A program made the translations under genes and the position numbers. A DNA stretch of 64,000 nt from Thalia democratica (Eukaryota). The notes under the pieces are model-generated. The model did not search any database. It was not told the DNA's origin and saw only the letters and a program-made list of their open reading frames with translations. The stretch covers positions 31,062,001 to 31,126,000 of the forward strand of contig OZ241830.1 in assembly GCA_965202585.1 (NCBI GenBank), written 5' to 3'. This document shows, in pieces, positions 38,101 to 52,888 of this stretch; within the stretch, counting starts at the first letter, position 1; every line of letters begins with the position of its first letter.

Positions 38101-39250
38101 GTTTATATAGTAAATTACAAAAATAAATTTTAATTAAACTACAATTTGGTTTTTAAGATAACCACTCTGTATAATACTGTACTACTATAGCCCTGTCAGA
38201 GTTTGTAAGTTTGTAAAATGAGTTCTGAACAAGTTTGATAAGGAAGAATCATTATGTGTGTAAAGCAATTGACCGTGTTGGTACAATAATTTTGCTAAAT
38301 AAGTTAGAAAGTTATGGTGAAAGTGGAAAAATCCAATTGTTAATTAATTCTTACTTAGATGAATTGTAACAGTATGTTTATTTTTTTGGGTATGAATAAC
38401 TACATGAACAAAATGACGTAAGAACATCACAAGGTTCAGTCCTAAGACCTCTTTAAATTCATACAAACATAAATAATCTAGTAAACAATACTACCTCAAA
38501 GGTCTAAGTTTTGCAAATGATACCTTATTGTAAGAACATTTGTTCCAAACAAATATTTACAAGACTGTGACAACGTTAATTTTAAACTTTAAAAAGTCTC
38601 AAATCGGCTTTTATTTTACTCATTCAAAGCAACTTTTTTGAAAATTTAAATTTTGAAGTTAAATAAATAGTAATAATTAATTAAGTAAAACAATTGTATA
38701 AATGGTAAAAAGTTACAATTACTCAAAATTAATAGTATATAATAATTTAGGTTGGGCAGAACACATTGAAATGGTAAAAATTAACATATTAAAGGTAATT
38801 ATTGTTCTTTTTAAAACAAGATACTTTTTTATTCAAAAAATTTATACTTAATTTGTAATTTACTTTTTATGATCCACATAAGGTATGGTCTGTTATGCTA
38901 AAGCAGTTTATTTACGATAATATTACAACTGTTTTATTATGAAAAATAGAACAATTTATTCACAAAACTGTTTTAACATTACTACCTAAATTGATTATGA
39001 GAATGAGCTAGTTTATAATAGCATAAAATAAAAATTTGAAACTGGTAAGCAATGTGCATTGAGGATTTAAAGGGAATTAAAGTTCTAAAATTCGAACATT
39101 CTTATCAAGTGTCCCTATAAAACCTTAATGCCATGAATAAAAAAAAAACATGCAAGAAAATTTCATCAAATAATGTTTTTTAATTTAAAATAAAAGTTAC
39201 AAGTGTGTACAATTAAAATTCATATGAGTTTAAAAATATTATTTACCTAT
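35200..39250 (+). mobile_element. Near full-length decayed CR1/L2-type LINE (ORF1, PHD, APE, RT)
   Basis: PHD CIYCEICGQ*THFKC at ~36123. IIGISE at ~36590. RT motifs KLDSNKANGYDNIS (~37830), CRPISILSNI (~38040), LQFGF, KAIDRV, QGSVL (~38428) and FANDT, i.e. FADDT (~38510). Confidence 0.85.
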
Positions 39251-42200
39251 TATAAAAATAAGATCTATAGATATTTCAATTAAAGGTTTAGATGTATTTG
39301 TTATTACTTGTATATAATAAAGTGCTTACTATATAAAAAAAAAAACTTGCTAGTTTACTTTTATTAAAACTGTATGAAGTAGCTTACTTTTTTTAATAAA
39401 ACTATGAAAATATAAAAATTTAAATTGAGTTGTGTAAGGATGTGTTTCATTGTGAGTGGATTTTACATCCTAAATAAGTAAATGTTTTTATGTCACTAAA
39501 ACTATTTCTGTAATTGATTAAAAAAACAATTTAGTACATAAAATTAATTATTTTTTTGTTCTTTGTCTACTAAATGTTTATACATTTGTTTTTAAAATTT
39601 TTGGCGACCTTATAAAAGGTGCAGTATTTTATTTGTGCGGTTACGAGTTATATCAAAACTTTTTAAGTATTTTAGACAGTTTATAGTATTTTAGTTGATC
39701 CTTTTAAATAAACTTTTGTTTAAAAGATGGTTTTCATTTTATTCAAGCTAGTAACACTCAACTTTTTACGTTAGATTAAAATGTTTAAGATAGAATCTTT
39801 AGTTTTAATAGATTTACCATTCTCTAAGTACAATAAATTTCCTTAATAGACCTTAAACTATCCTTATTAATCTTGATTTTTTTAATCCATTAGCATCAGT
39901 TTTATATTTACAACTATAATAATACAATTTTGTTTCAAAGATTTTATAAAAGTTAACTAAAAGGCTAAAAATAGTTATTTAAATAAGATTTTAAAATCGA
40001 TAAAAATAAAGTTCTTCAATAAAACTGGTTTGTTATTTAAAATAAAAAATTATTAATCTGGATCAACTAAATCTCATATACGATTTAGTAATAAACAGGC
40101 TCATGTTTTATTCTATTATGAAACCTATCCTTAGTTTTATTTAGAAACAAACCCATCCAGATTTAGCCTGAGTTCAAAAATAAGTAACAATAACAGTAAA
40201 AATAAACAAGTTGAATTGAGTCATTATGAGATTAAAAAAAAAATTAGCCCGAGTTTTATTCAGTATCCTTAGTGTAGAGCATTTCTGTTAAAATATTTAT
40301 AATGGATTAATTGTAATTACTTTTACAGAGATAATTAAGTTTACATAGGTTTGGAGGATAAACTAAGGTTATTTAGATACTAGAAGCTTCTACAAAAACA
40401 ATCAATATCACTCAAAGAACTTATGTACGGAATTTTGCCTGATAAATTAGATTTTTTGTCAAATCAAACTTAAAAACAATAACTCAAAAGATTACAATAT
40501 TTTCAATATACAAGTTAAGTGCATAGGGAATTAGATAAGTTTATGAATCAAACTAAAATTTCAGAAAAATAACACACGGATGGTCAGAAAACTAAATTTC
40601 AGGCAAAGTAAAATAAAATAAATTCATTATTTGATCAAGACCTTACTTGCTAAACTTATATTTCACGCATACATATTTACTTTTAAACTTTTTAAGTTGT
40701 TATGTATAACTATTATTCAATTATTATACTTTTAAAATCAGAAAAAGATAAAGTTCTACAAAAATAAAGACATCAAGCAACGGAAAATTAATATCTCAAT
40801 AATTTACAATTGTTCAAACCTTTAACCAATTTAAATTAAGTCTCAATTTAAGTTTACTCAAATTTATAGCATACTTTTTCATATAAACCAGTCAATACTA
40901 CCGAAGTAACTAGTTGTAGTTAAAAACAAAACTTTAAAGTAATATTACATAACATAGTTTATTTACATTCTTTTTTATTACTTCCTTTAAATATTGGAAA
41001 CTACTAAAATTATTAAGAAACAGATTAAGTGTAAAAAGTTTTTTTTTTTAATATTATTTTAATTTCGTGTTCATGATAACAATTTTATAACTGTTGAGCC
41101 CTTCCAATGAAATTTAGTATTTATTAACTTTCAAAATATTTATAGTCCTCTACATTACGTCCCTTTAGTATTGTTGTGTTTGTATATGTAATTGTTTTTT
41201 TATTCTTACTGTATTTTTGATAATATGAAAATACAAAGTATAAAAACAAAATAAAAATATAATATCAGAAATTAAACGTTGTCGTAACTTAAGTTGGTAA
41301 GTACTATTTAAAATAAATAAACCAAAATAAATTCAATGTTTTCAATATATACTTTATTTTTTACTGCTAAAACTAAGTTCTATCTTGTATGATTCTCAAA
41401 TAAAATTTTAAAGTAAATTGAAATCTTAAATTTATTATTTAAAATCAATAATTTATTAGAATAGAGATTTGTTGAGGACCACCAACCCAATTTAAGGATC
41501 TTTATGTTAATAACTATCACTAAAAAGCAACATATTTTAGTGAGTAATACATAATTTCATCATGCAGCCAGAATACCAGAAAAAAACTTTTAGAACTATT
41601 TTTAAAAAATATTAAAACTTTTTTAAAGGTCAGTTGTATATTTTTGACAGTAGTACAAGCAATCAAATAAAAAAACTATTCATGTGAAAAATAAGAGAAA
41701 TTAGATTAATGACTTTTGCTTTCTAATAAAATTAGTGTTCAAGTAAAAAAAAATAAATGTTAATGAACGGTAATGATTACTTTTAATGTGTAAATCTAGA
41801 GACTACTGTTAAGTTTTTATAATTTTTTTAGATGTAAATGACCATTTTCAATCAGATTTAAATTTAAAAATTACAATGGTAAGAAAAGTGGTAAAAATAA
41901 CTAATACTTATAAGACTTTTTAAAATAAACAACTTTCTTTAGACAGGTAGTTGAGCATATCTTTTTAAATAAGTTTTGTAAATAAGTTTCTATTTTAAAT
42001 CAGACTGATCTTTTTTTGAAGCAAAGTAGTCTAAAATAAAAACCTAAAACAATCCGAAATAATCTCGGGTATGTATAAAACTAATAGTAGGAGCAATAAA
42101 AAATTATATTCTACTCTTTAAAATTTTTGAATAATTTAATTATATTAAAAGGTTTTAAACATTATAATTATTTTTGAAATATTGTATAATTAAACGGTTA

Positions 42201-43431
42201 AATAATTAGTTTTATTTTTGTTTTATAACAGTCATTTTACTATAGTAATTTTGATTTTATATAGCTGTATCCTGGGTATGACTTGATAACCGAAAGGTTT
42301 TGTGTACACAAGGTCCTTGGACCAAACTTTTTGAGCATTTTTCTTTTTGTTCAGTAAACAATATATATATAAGTTTATCATTCATCCATTATCATTGTAA
42401 GACCATTACTAACACAAACTAAAACACTTAAAAGTTTAAGTTTTAAAACTGATAATGCATAACTTATTATTCTTAAAGAAGTTGTTGGGAAAAATATAAA
42501 AAAATAGTTATCTGAAACTTTATACTAGGTTATTATAGAACTTTTGATAACTTAGTAATATATTAGCTTACACTAGATTACTTATCAACTAAAACCAAAA
42601 AAATAAAAAAGTGTAAAACTAAACTACACAACTCAAAAGTAATCAAACATGTTTACTTATATTATTTATTAATAATAAAATTAGTTATAAAATTGATGTT
42701 TAAAATTAAAAGAACAGTAAACGTTTTCAAACTAATTTTATCCTTTTAAATATTATATAACATACCTTTAAAACAAAAAAGATTTTAAATTAATCTAAAA
42801 ATATTGGCAGAATCTATCAGTTAATATATTTAGAAAAATGAGTTTTTTTAGTTTAAAAAAAAAGTGGTTACAAAAAAGAATGGTCAGAATATAATGGTAA
42901 TTTAGTTTACCAAACATCACTTGGATACAGTTAAACGTCATGTTCTTGTCAGTTTTATCGATAAAATAAATCTTTTGAAAATGGTGATTTTAGCATAAGT
43001 TCACATTATCAGTATAAAACTGAGATTAAATTTCTCTTTTATGATAAAAACCTTTAAACTAACTACAGTATACGGCACACAATAGTTCAGCACTGAACGA
43101 AATATGCGCAGTTGTTACAGGTCCATCAGCAGTTATTGATTTGTTACATGAAGAAATTCTCCAGCAGATCTGAATCAATAAAAAATTATAAAACATCAAA
43201 ACAAACTTTGTAGTATAGAAATCGCTTCTATGTTCAATCAACAGACTTCTACATATTTTTTTATGAAGTACAATAAAACTATAGTAAGACAGTTGAAATA
43301 AAAAACAAAAAAATAGTGATATTAGCTTTCATGATACATAGAGACCCAAATTCTTAGCTAGGTATAATACACCATAAGCGTTTTAATATCAATTTTTAAT
43401 AGCAAAATTTAAAAATAGGCTATAAATAGAC

Positions 43432-43640
43432 CGGTATACTTACTATTCCCACCCCCGATCATTACCCACCCGCTATATTCCCACACATTTTTATTTTATT
43501 TATTGTTTTTTTTTTTTACTTTCACTATCACTGTAACCCTAATCATTACCCTTAGTCGATAAGGGTTTCTCATATTTGAAATATTCGGAATTTTGCAGGT
43601 CGGAAATGATCGCAAATTGGAACTAAGCGGTTCGCAAAAA
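43432..43640. repeat. GC-richer interspersed repeat with a TAACCCTAA motif
   Basis: Compositional island ATTCCCACC...TAACCCTAATCATTACCC. Similar in style to 3420-3570. Confidence 0.4.
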
Positions 43641-44424
43641 CAATATAAAATAGGTAAAATACAAATACTACATCCTAAACATTAGCTTTTTAAAATTCTA
43701 TAACTAAATTTGCATCAAATATGTGCTACCTTTTTTTATTATAAATATAGTTTAAAATAAGCATAAATAAAACAGTAACCTTTTTTGGTTTTGAAGTATG
43801 CATTTAAGTTCTAAAGCATTTTAGTATATCTTATGCATAAACAGGTTCGTATAGTGGTGTTAAAAATAAGATATCAATTAAAACTTATCAAAACTAAGCT
43901 TACAAAGTGAATATAAAACTATAAGCTATTTTTTTATCTAAAAACAATTTAAACCTGAGTTTTAAAAACCCGAAAAATTCTGGTAATTATACTTAAGTTG
44001 AAGTATATTTTGAGTGGGAAAATGTTACATGAAAAACCTTTACTTAAAAAAAAAAATAATGAATTTTATTACAATTAGTATAGTAGTACAAATTAGGGAT
44101 TTTTATAAATTACTTTTGAAATTGTGTTAATTTTCCACATATACTTTGGAAACACTTTATTGTTTATCTAAATTGGAAGACACAGTAAATATTTTTTTTG
44201 AAATACAAATGTTCAAAAATAATTTTTTATAAACATTGATATAGAAGTAGAAATTTTGAACATACGTTGGTTAAGTATTCCCCCTTTTAAAAAAATTCTT
44301 ATTCTAAAACTTATTTTTTAAATACAGAACAGTAGTAAACGAAAATAAAAATTTAAAAATTTAATTTCATAAAAATTTACTGTATGATACGGTTAAATTC
44401 AAATCGTAACAAACGATACGAGTG

Positions 44425-44905
44425 TGAACTTAGCTTGAAAGCGTATTTTAGGAATTTTTTAAAAACGTCCACTTTTAATTTTTTTTTCAATTTTTTTTTT
44501 TGCATAAAAGGTTGTATATCTGAAAAACAAAAATCGTGCAAAATTTGAATTTTCCTGAAAAGTTTATTCAGGCTTATGGTATAAAAATATAAATAGAAAA
44601 AAAAAATTCAGAACATCATTAAACTTATTTTTATAAGAATTTTTTTTTTTAATTTTAAAACCAAAAAATTTTTTTGGATAAAAGGTTGTATAAATAAAAA
44701 AACAAACAAAAAACACAAAATTTTTAAATGGGCCACACTTAAAAAGTCAAAACCCAATTCAATGGATTTTTTTTAAATTAAAGACAAAGGACCGTTCTCT
44801 AGAAAAAAAAAGGTTTTTAATAAGCTATTAAGATAAGGAAAATAATTGGGTCTTAAGTTGGACATTTTTATAACATTCCTATAATACGCTCTCAAGCTAA
44901 GTTCA
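44425..44905. mobile_element. MITE bounded by ~31-bp inverted repeats
   Basis: TGAACTTAGCTTGAAAGCGTATTTTAGGAAT and ATTCCTATAATACGCTCTCAAGCTAAGTTCA are reverse complements with 2 mismatches. Confidence 0.75.
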
Positions 44906-46391
44906 TGTTTGTACAAACGATGATGTCTTTTTTAGTGGCTTGTTCTAAAAACTTAGTTTTGAAACAATGTCTGTACTTCATTTTTAAAGAAAGATTACAA
45001 AAGTTATCAAGAAAAAAAATACATCTGAAAAAGATAATAAACATAATAGTTATGACAGCTGTTTACGCAAACTTATTCATCTTACCTCACAACAAAACAA
45101 CAAAAATGATTAATTGCTAAGCTTAAACATAAAAAAAAATACAAACAGCAGTAGCTTTATATTTTATTTGTAGTTATGTTTATTAAAACCTTTCTTAACT
45201 GATTTAATCAAAAAACAAAAAAAAAGGTACAATCAGTAAGATTTAGATGATTTATTAATTTTCTTAAACTCTAATTAAAACAAAAAAATATCTAAATATA
45301 GATATTTTACAAAACTGACAACCAAAATTAATTCAAGAAGGTTTTTTGTATCTGTTAATAAAGTATTTTTTATTGCTTTTTTTCTATAAAAATATAATGT
45401 TTTTTGTGAAGTTGAAAATATGTAACACCAAGAATAAAGTACTAAGAATACTTAGAATAGATATAAAAAAGTACTAGAAACAAGCTTTAGAAATAAATAT
45501 AACATAAAACGTTTAAACTTATAATCAAAAAAAATTTTATCCAAGATTTTTTATTTAAACCGCAACCCATGTAACAAAAACATACAAATCCCAATACTTT
45601 TTATTATATAAAACATTGAAAAGATAATTTGTAAGAGTTAATTAATCTTAGTTATAAACTTAGTAGCTTTTAAATAATGAGTAATATTGAATAAAGCTTA
45701 GCAAAAATAATAATAAATAGTGTAATAAAAAATTTTAGTAAATGTACAAAACCGTTTTTTGAAAAAGCTTAGATAAGAAATTGCTGATTTTTCAAATTTA
45801 AGTTTTTTGATAACATATACGGGTTTTATGTATAAAGTTGTTTTAATGTAGCAAATAAACTAGAACTTTCAACAAAAGTTATAATATTTGTTTTTTTAAC
45901 AACATGCTTTAAACATCTACACATTTAATACATTTGATTATTTTCAAAGTAACCACCTGTTAAGGTTGTAAACCAGCCTGAATAACCAACAAGTGTCTAA
46001 ACAATATTTTATTAGCATGATTCAGACTTTGTAAAATAATTGAAAGTTATTGTAACAGTTAAAAATTTAACAGTGTTACTAAGAATCTAGCTTAAACACT
46101 TTACCTTTCATTTTAATAACAAAAATATTTAAAAAGAACATAAAAAAAGTTATTTTGAATTTAAATACGGATGTTAAAGTCATAGAAACAAACCTTAGCT
46201 TTACAAATATACAAAAACATTCCTTAATTTTTAAAAAGCCAGTAATCAAACCTTAGTCATTCAGAGATTTGCTTAAGTTTTTCATCGAAAAAATATTTAA
46301 ACTATCATGATAAGGTTTGAGTCAGCTTTAAAGGATTAAGGTGGCTTAGAAAACTACAGTGCATTGTGAATATGTTACTTTTTTTTCTCAG

Positions 46392-46464
46392 AGAAGCAAC
46401 GAACGAACACTTACTCACCTTGTTTTGATCACATTCATGGAACTTGTCAGCTCATCGATGACAG
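46392..46464 (+). other. Candidate non-coding exon, paralog of 14838-14972
   Basis: Strong polypyrimidine tract with ctcag acceptor, and a CAG|gtattt donor. Confidence 0.4.
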
Positions 46465-47408
46465 GTATTTTAGATTTTCTCGAATTTTGATTTGTCTACA
46501 ATTTAAATTATTAGATTAAACTTTGAATACAATTTTTAATATTAAAATTAGACTTTTTTCAGTATCATTTATAATAATCATTTATATATTTAACAACATA
46601 TTTAACTATTTTTAAGTACTTTAACAAAACAAAACACAAAAAGATTCAAGATATTAAGTTAAACTGCTCTTTTTTTACAAAAAAAAATTAATCACTTAAT
46701 AAATTGTACATCGAAAGTTTTATAAGTTTTTTATCTAGTTTTTATCTAGTTTTTAAATATCAAAATCTTTATTTTCAATGTATACTTTTATCAATTTCAT
46801 AAATTAAAGTCTAATCAGCATTTTTATGTTCACAAAAAGCCAGTGGTAAATTTTTTAAAAGTTGTTTGTTATTCCTCAAGTTTTGTTATTATATTTTTAA
46901 AAATTTAAACAGTCTTGGATTTTTTCAAAATAAAATAAACTTTGCTAATAAATTATAGAGATACATTTAAAGATAAGTTGTGATCTTTTATACAAATGTA
47001 AACTAACTTCAATACAAGTAGAAAAACTTTGTCAAAATTTAATGAAATATACTACAACTCTATTAAATATTATTTTTGTAATTATATATGTTTCAACCTA
47101 TAGTCAACTGCTTTAAATAAGGGGAAATAACCCTTGATATAAAATATCTCTTTTTAGTATAAAATGAAAAAATTCAACAAAAAATTAACTTAATTAAACA
47201 AAATAATAAATTTCAGTACACTTTTAACATACATTTGCTAACTTAATACAAAACTACATGTTTTTCCTTATAAAAAATATGTTACATGTTCAATCATTTG
47301 GTCAAATTATGATTTTTTCAACTCAGTTAGCAAAAACACATCAGCTTAAAGAAAAACTTGTTAATGCAGGTTTTGATTAGCTAATTTCTTTTAATTTCTC
47401 CTTTTTAG

Positions 47409-47439
47409 AAAAAAAACGAGATCACTATGTGTTATAAAG
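47409..47439 (+). other. Candidate 31-nt micro-exon
   Basis: ttctcctttttag|AAAAAAAACGAGATCACTATGTGTTATAAAG|gtgagc. Confidence 0.4.
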
Positions 47440-50400
47440 GTGAGCTATTGAAATATCCATACTCTTTTATCTTTCTTTTATTATCGCAAACAAAGCAATG
47501 CAATGCTAATGCTTCTGCTCACCAGTGTTGATTACATGCATATTACAACGGCAGAAAAACTAAAATCTTTACTACATTTTAGATTTATATTTAATACGAA
47601 AATTCTAAATTTTCTCAATTAGTTGGTTGTGTTTCGTTTTTAAGTTTTAATAAAAGTTTAATAAAACAGAACACTGTTTTTTTTTACTACTGTTTGATGC
47701 TATTTCAATTCTGAAAGACAATTATTTTAAAATAAGGGAAAACAACCTAGAATACAAAACAGGATAAATTTATATACAAAAATAATTTAACATAACAATT
47801 AGTTGATTTAAAAATAAAATAATCACAGAACTCAAAAAATTTAGTACATTTTTTACCTGCAATTGATAAAAAAAAGTGTAAATTTTTGCCTTATATATAA
47901 ATATTTCTACTTTTATTACTTGATTTACTTAGAAAAAATTAAAATGAATTAGTTATAACACTTAAACTTCAATAAAAACAAGAAGGCCAAGTGTTAACAA
48001 GGTAAGCTCTAAATATAGTCTTACGCATTTAACTTTCTCATTATCGAAACTTAACTGAAATGCAACCCTAGCCTAAACTTACTGTTCATTACGTGTCTAT
48101 AAAATCTCTGTATATAATACTATTTATTTTAAAGACAGTAATAAGTTAATAATTTTTGGCTATTTTAAAAAATACCTTTTTTCGATTCACAATAAGTGTA
48201 TGTAACAATATGTATAACAATAAGTAACTGAAGTAGAAAAATGAAACACTGTAGTTATAATATTTTTGATACAATAAATTATAGTGCTTGAAAAAAATTA
48301 AAAAAAAATTTGCGTTTAGATGCTTAAATCTTCTCTTTCATTTCTTTATATGTTACAGCTAATTTAATAGTTTTAAAATAGTTAACAGAAAAAGAAACGT
48401 CTATTTTAATTAAACCATTAAAGAATTAATATTTTAAGTTAAAAATTTATATTACGATTAAAAAGGACATCAGAATAAATCGTTAATTTTTTTTAAGATT
48501 TGTAATGTAATTGAATTACTAAAAACAGTTAAAAACTTGAAATTAAATTGAATTAAATAATTTTAGTTTTTTTTTCGACTAAGCAGCTTAAATATTTTTT
48601 TATTTGCTAGGAGATATCATTAGATTTCGCAAAAAACGTTGATATAATTTCTTGCGGCTAATAACTTCCTCAGTCATCTATCTTTTTTTTTCAACCAGCA
48701 AATACTTACTACCATTCCCTCTCTTTTCATTTTATGTAAAACAACCATTATGTAGTTATGTTACAATCCATTAAAATCAACAAAACTAAAGATGAAATTA
48801 GTCAGACGGGTTGAATTCATTCTATCTAAATTCCTATGTTATTTATTAAATCTTAATAATTTTCATGTAAAAAACTTCTATTTAAATAAAATAAGCTTAA
48901 CCAAAGTTTAGACATCACAGTTTTGTTTAAATTTGTAACTTAAAAAACGCTTTTTTAGTATAAAAAAACTTAGTTAATTTTAACCTCAACTTAATCTAAA
49001 AATATTTTGCTATCTAAGTACGAATTATTATTAATATGACTTGTCATTAAAATTATGTAGTTTTTGTATAACTCATTATAAAAATAAATAAATTATTGCT
49101 ATTTAAAAATAAGAAAACAGATTAAATAGAAACATTGATAAGCGTAAAGCAAAATATTTACTCGAGTTAGATATTTTTTAATCAATACAAAATTCTTTTT
49201 ATTAATTTGATTTTCAATTCAGCAATTTTGAAGTTATTTCTCAGAATTATAACTAAGTAAAACAATTTTTAAATACAGTAGTAAATCTTATCATACAGTG
49301 ATTAAGTACTTAAAGTGTTCCTTTTTGTAATTATTTAATGATAAAATTAAAACCTTAATCAAAATCAAGAACCGTTGTAGTATGTTTTTATAATTTTAAT
49401 ATATTGTTTATTTACGTTATAAAAGCACTTAAAATATACAGTCCTAGGACCTGATGCACATAAAACCTTTCAGTCAATGTTTTTATCGTTGATTTAGAAC
49501 ATTAAGAATTATTTCAGAACTTATAACAATTTAGAATAATTTTTTAAACATAATTTTCTTAATATTTTTTATGTTGTTGTCCGAGAGTTGGAGTTACAAA
49601 CGTTTCCTTGTTTTAATTAAAAAGTATTTCAGCTAATTTAAGTCGTAAGTAAAAAATAATTGATGTTGTGTGTCAGTTTAGTTAAGTAAAATTAGTTTTA
49701 AATCAAATTATATATAAATTGATATAACTAGTTTTTGAAGTTTTTAGCTAATAACTTGTTTACTTTTTTATTAAATATTTTTTTTTTCCCTAAAGACTTG
49801 AAAAATATTATTATCTACTCTTAAAGTTTTAGTCGAAAACAAAAGCTTAAAAAAAATAAGATAATTAAATGCACCTTGCGTAAATATTTAAGTATGTTTG
49901 AGATGAAGTATTGCATAAGTAACTTTTACAAACTTCTAATCAAATATATTAATTTTATTAACAAATACATAATAGATATTTTGTCAAAATTTTAGAAGTG
50001 ATGAAAAATTTTTCATACTAAATTATATTACAGATATATTAATTCAAAATAAATAAAAGCTACTAAAATCTTGTAATTTATAACTTTAAAAGTCTTAGTC
50101 AATTTTGTTACAAATTTCTCAAATAAAGTCCGACAAGATTTCTAAAGCATGACATTTTGTATAAAACACTTACGCATTTTCAGTATTCAGAAAGATTTTT
50201 TTTTTGGTCAAAGCTGTTAGCATTGTCAGAATGTTTCAGAAAGAAATTTGAAACATTTTCAAGATATTCTTACGTGAAAAATAAATATTTATTCTAGTAG
50301 TTGAGTTTTTTAACTTATTTATTTTATTAGTAGTTAGTTTACTTGAAATCTAAAAAAAGTTAAATAAAATCTAACTGTTTATACACTAACATTAATGAAA

Positions 50401-51018
50401 AATTATTTTAATTTAGTATAAAAGTATATACAACTTTTTGATTGCTTTGTTTTGCGTGAATTAAGTGTTAGGCCAGTGAATGATCTATATTTTTTAATAA
50501 AATTTATATCATCCCTGGTTTCGTTAAGAACAATTATGGCTTTTCGTAATTACAATTTTGACCATTTTTGTTAGCTGCATGTAATTTTTAGATCATTTAC
50601 TGACACAACATTTTGATACAGCAGTTCCATAATATAAAAGTAAGCAAGAGAGTTTGTTTTAAATATAGGTATAGTAGATATTATTCTGATTCAGAGTTTG
50701 TAAATATGTTAAAACATATGCACATCTGAATAATGATTTATGTAACTTAAATAGTTATTATTAATTTATGTGATGTAAATATTGAATAAAGTTTACAACT
50801 TCTTTGGTTGCTATACAGTGTGGTCATTTCAGGCTAGTTGAAGAATTAGAAAAAAAAACTTAGTTTCGGCTAATTATAACTCATTAAATTTAATTTAAAG
50901 TGAGGCTTACTGGGGCTATTTATAAAATTTAATTCTGGTTTTCTAGCTTTTTTAAGTTTTATCAGGTTACCATAAATTATTACAGATTGAATTATGCTTA
51001 TTCTATTTATGGTTAACT

Positions 51019-51359
51019 CAGGCTTGTCACTTACCTGGAAAAACCTGGAATTTGACAACTTAGTCATAAAAAACCTGGAACTTAACAATTTTAACATGCT
51101 CATTAGTAAAATTTCGAATTGACTAAAAAAATCATAAAAATAAAAATAATTTCAATCATCAAAAAATTTTTTCATTGAATAACAAATTTGAAGTAGCTTT
51201 ACAATATCTTTTCAATGTTTTTATACTATTTAACACATTTTCTTATCTTAAACTTAAGTTTAAACTAAAAATAGACCAAAACATGTGTACTTTTAAAAAT
51301 CTACAACAAATTTGGAAAACCTGGAAAATTTAAAAAAAAAAAAACGAGTGGCAATCCTG
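51019..51359. mobile_element. hAT-like MITE (CAGGGTTG family), not seen at the homologous unit 1 site
   Basis: Termini CAGGCTTGTCAC...GTGGCAATCCTG. Inverted orientation relative to 28296-28675. Confidence 0.75.
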
Positions 51360-52172
51360 GTAACTTTATTTTAGTTATGTATAGTAATAATGTTATTTTA
51401 AAAATTTTTACCTCTTGAATGTTTATTTACATTCAAAAATTGTTTATTATTAAAAAGCAATGTCATTTAAGATAAGAAATCGAAATATTTTTGAATAAGA
51501 TCTTATTTATATAAGTGTTTAAGTTATGCTGTTTAACTGAATTTTCAAAGACCAAATTCTAAACAGATTATATTCACAAAATATGCTAAATTTAAAAAGA
51601 TAATTGACATAACTCTAATTGTTCTCTATTTCTTTGGTTTTGTTTAAGTTTGTACCGAAAACTGTTTAAACTGTAATAGATTTTTAGTGTGGAGCAATCA
51701 TTTGGTTATAACAGCTGCACATAGTTTTTCTATTGTATTTAGTTAACTGAAAAAATAAAGTCGCCCCTGAACTTTACATCTTAATAGATATGCAGACATA
51801 TAAACTTAGTGTTAGTTTAAAAGTTTTAATTCTATTTAAATAGATTCACTTTATTGAACTTCATAAAAAATGGTGTAGTTGTTTTAAATTTTAGGCTAAA
51901 TTTTTTAAACTTTTTCAAAATGTTTTAATTAATTTTTTTTTTAAAGAAGTAGTATGTTTTACAGTTTTATGTATGGCTTGACTACTTAAGTGGTTTATAA
52001 TAAAAGTAAATTTCAAACAATTTAAAGTGTCTAGCAAAATATTATAATAAAACTGTGTTAATATATAATCAATGGTTTCTAATAAATTTTTAGTAAAATT
52101 AATTAATTGTTTAGAAAATGTTTATTAGTTATTTAATAAACATTTTTTTAAATTTAATTAGTTATCTTACTT

Positions 52173-52249
52173 TGTATGTAGTAAAATGAATGGCAATAAT
52201 GGTTCTCATAATAAAAAAAACATTTTTTCCATTCATACAATTACAAACA
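52173..52249 (+). ncRNA. pri-miRNA-like hairpin H1'
   Basis: 5' arm matches H1. The 3' arm has changed but still pairs. Basal UG. Confidence 0.7.
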
Positions 52250-52298
52250 AACTTTCTTCAAAAGTACCAATCAAGAAGTTCTTTTGACCATGGAATAG

Positions 52299-52376
52299 TG
52301 TTTAGAACTGAATGATTAGCGCTATTAGTTCTTGGTTTTCTGAAGAACTAATTCACTAATCATACAGTTACAAACA
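52299..52376 (+). ncRNA. pri-miRNA-like hairpin H2'
   Basis: 3' arm AAGAACUAAUUCACUAAUCAUA. Basal UG and downstream CAAC. Confidence 0.8.
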
Positions 52377-52411
52377 TACAACCTATTACTGATGCGATGT
52401 GATGATTACTG

Positions 52412-52489
52412 TGTTTGCAGCTAAATGATTTGAAATGGATACTTCTTTGCTTAAAAAGAAGTATCATTTCAGTCATACAGTTACAAACA
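52412..52489 (+). ncRNA. pri-miRNA-like hairpin H3'
   Basis: Near-identical to H3 in both arms. Basal UG. Confidence 0.8.
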
Positions 52490-52537
52490 AACAATCTTCA
52501 AACTGAAAAAAAGGACTATACAACAACAATTAAATCA

Positions 52538-52627
52538 TGCATATCTCAATAAGGCAGTTCTCTTAGTTCCCTGTTTAATTTAATTCAAACACAGGAACTA
52601 ATATAATTGCCTTGCTGATTTAGTGCA
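52538..52627 (+). ncRNA. pri-miRNA-like hairpin H4'
   Basis: Most substitutions versus H4 interchange G:U and Watson-Crick pairs, so the stem is retained. Basal UG. Confidence 0.75.
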
Positions 52628-52739
52628 TAAATAATTGTTATGAAAGCACCAAGTGTGAACAAATTGGTTGGTGATAATCTTAATATGTCTGTTCATCTTT
52701 TGTAAAATACTAACAAAAATATTTGGTGTTCATTAAGTG

Positions 52740-52821
52740 TGTTTTGAGCTAAATGATTGGTGGTATGTAGTTTTTTATCTAATCAAAAAAACTATTTTCA
52801 CCAGTCATACAGTTAAAAACA
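52740..52821 (+). ncRNA. pri-miRNA-like hairpin H5'
   Basis: 3' arm AAAACUAUUUUCACCAGUCAUA. Basal UG. Confidence 0.75.
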
Positions 52822-52888
52822 AATAACCTACAAGGTACCTTCATTCAGCAAAGAAATTCAAAATTGAAATTTGGTGGCAATTAGTTAC

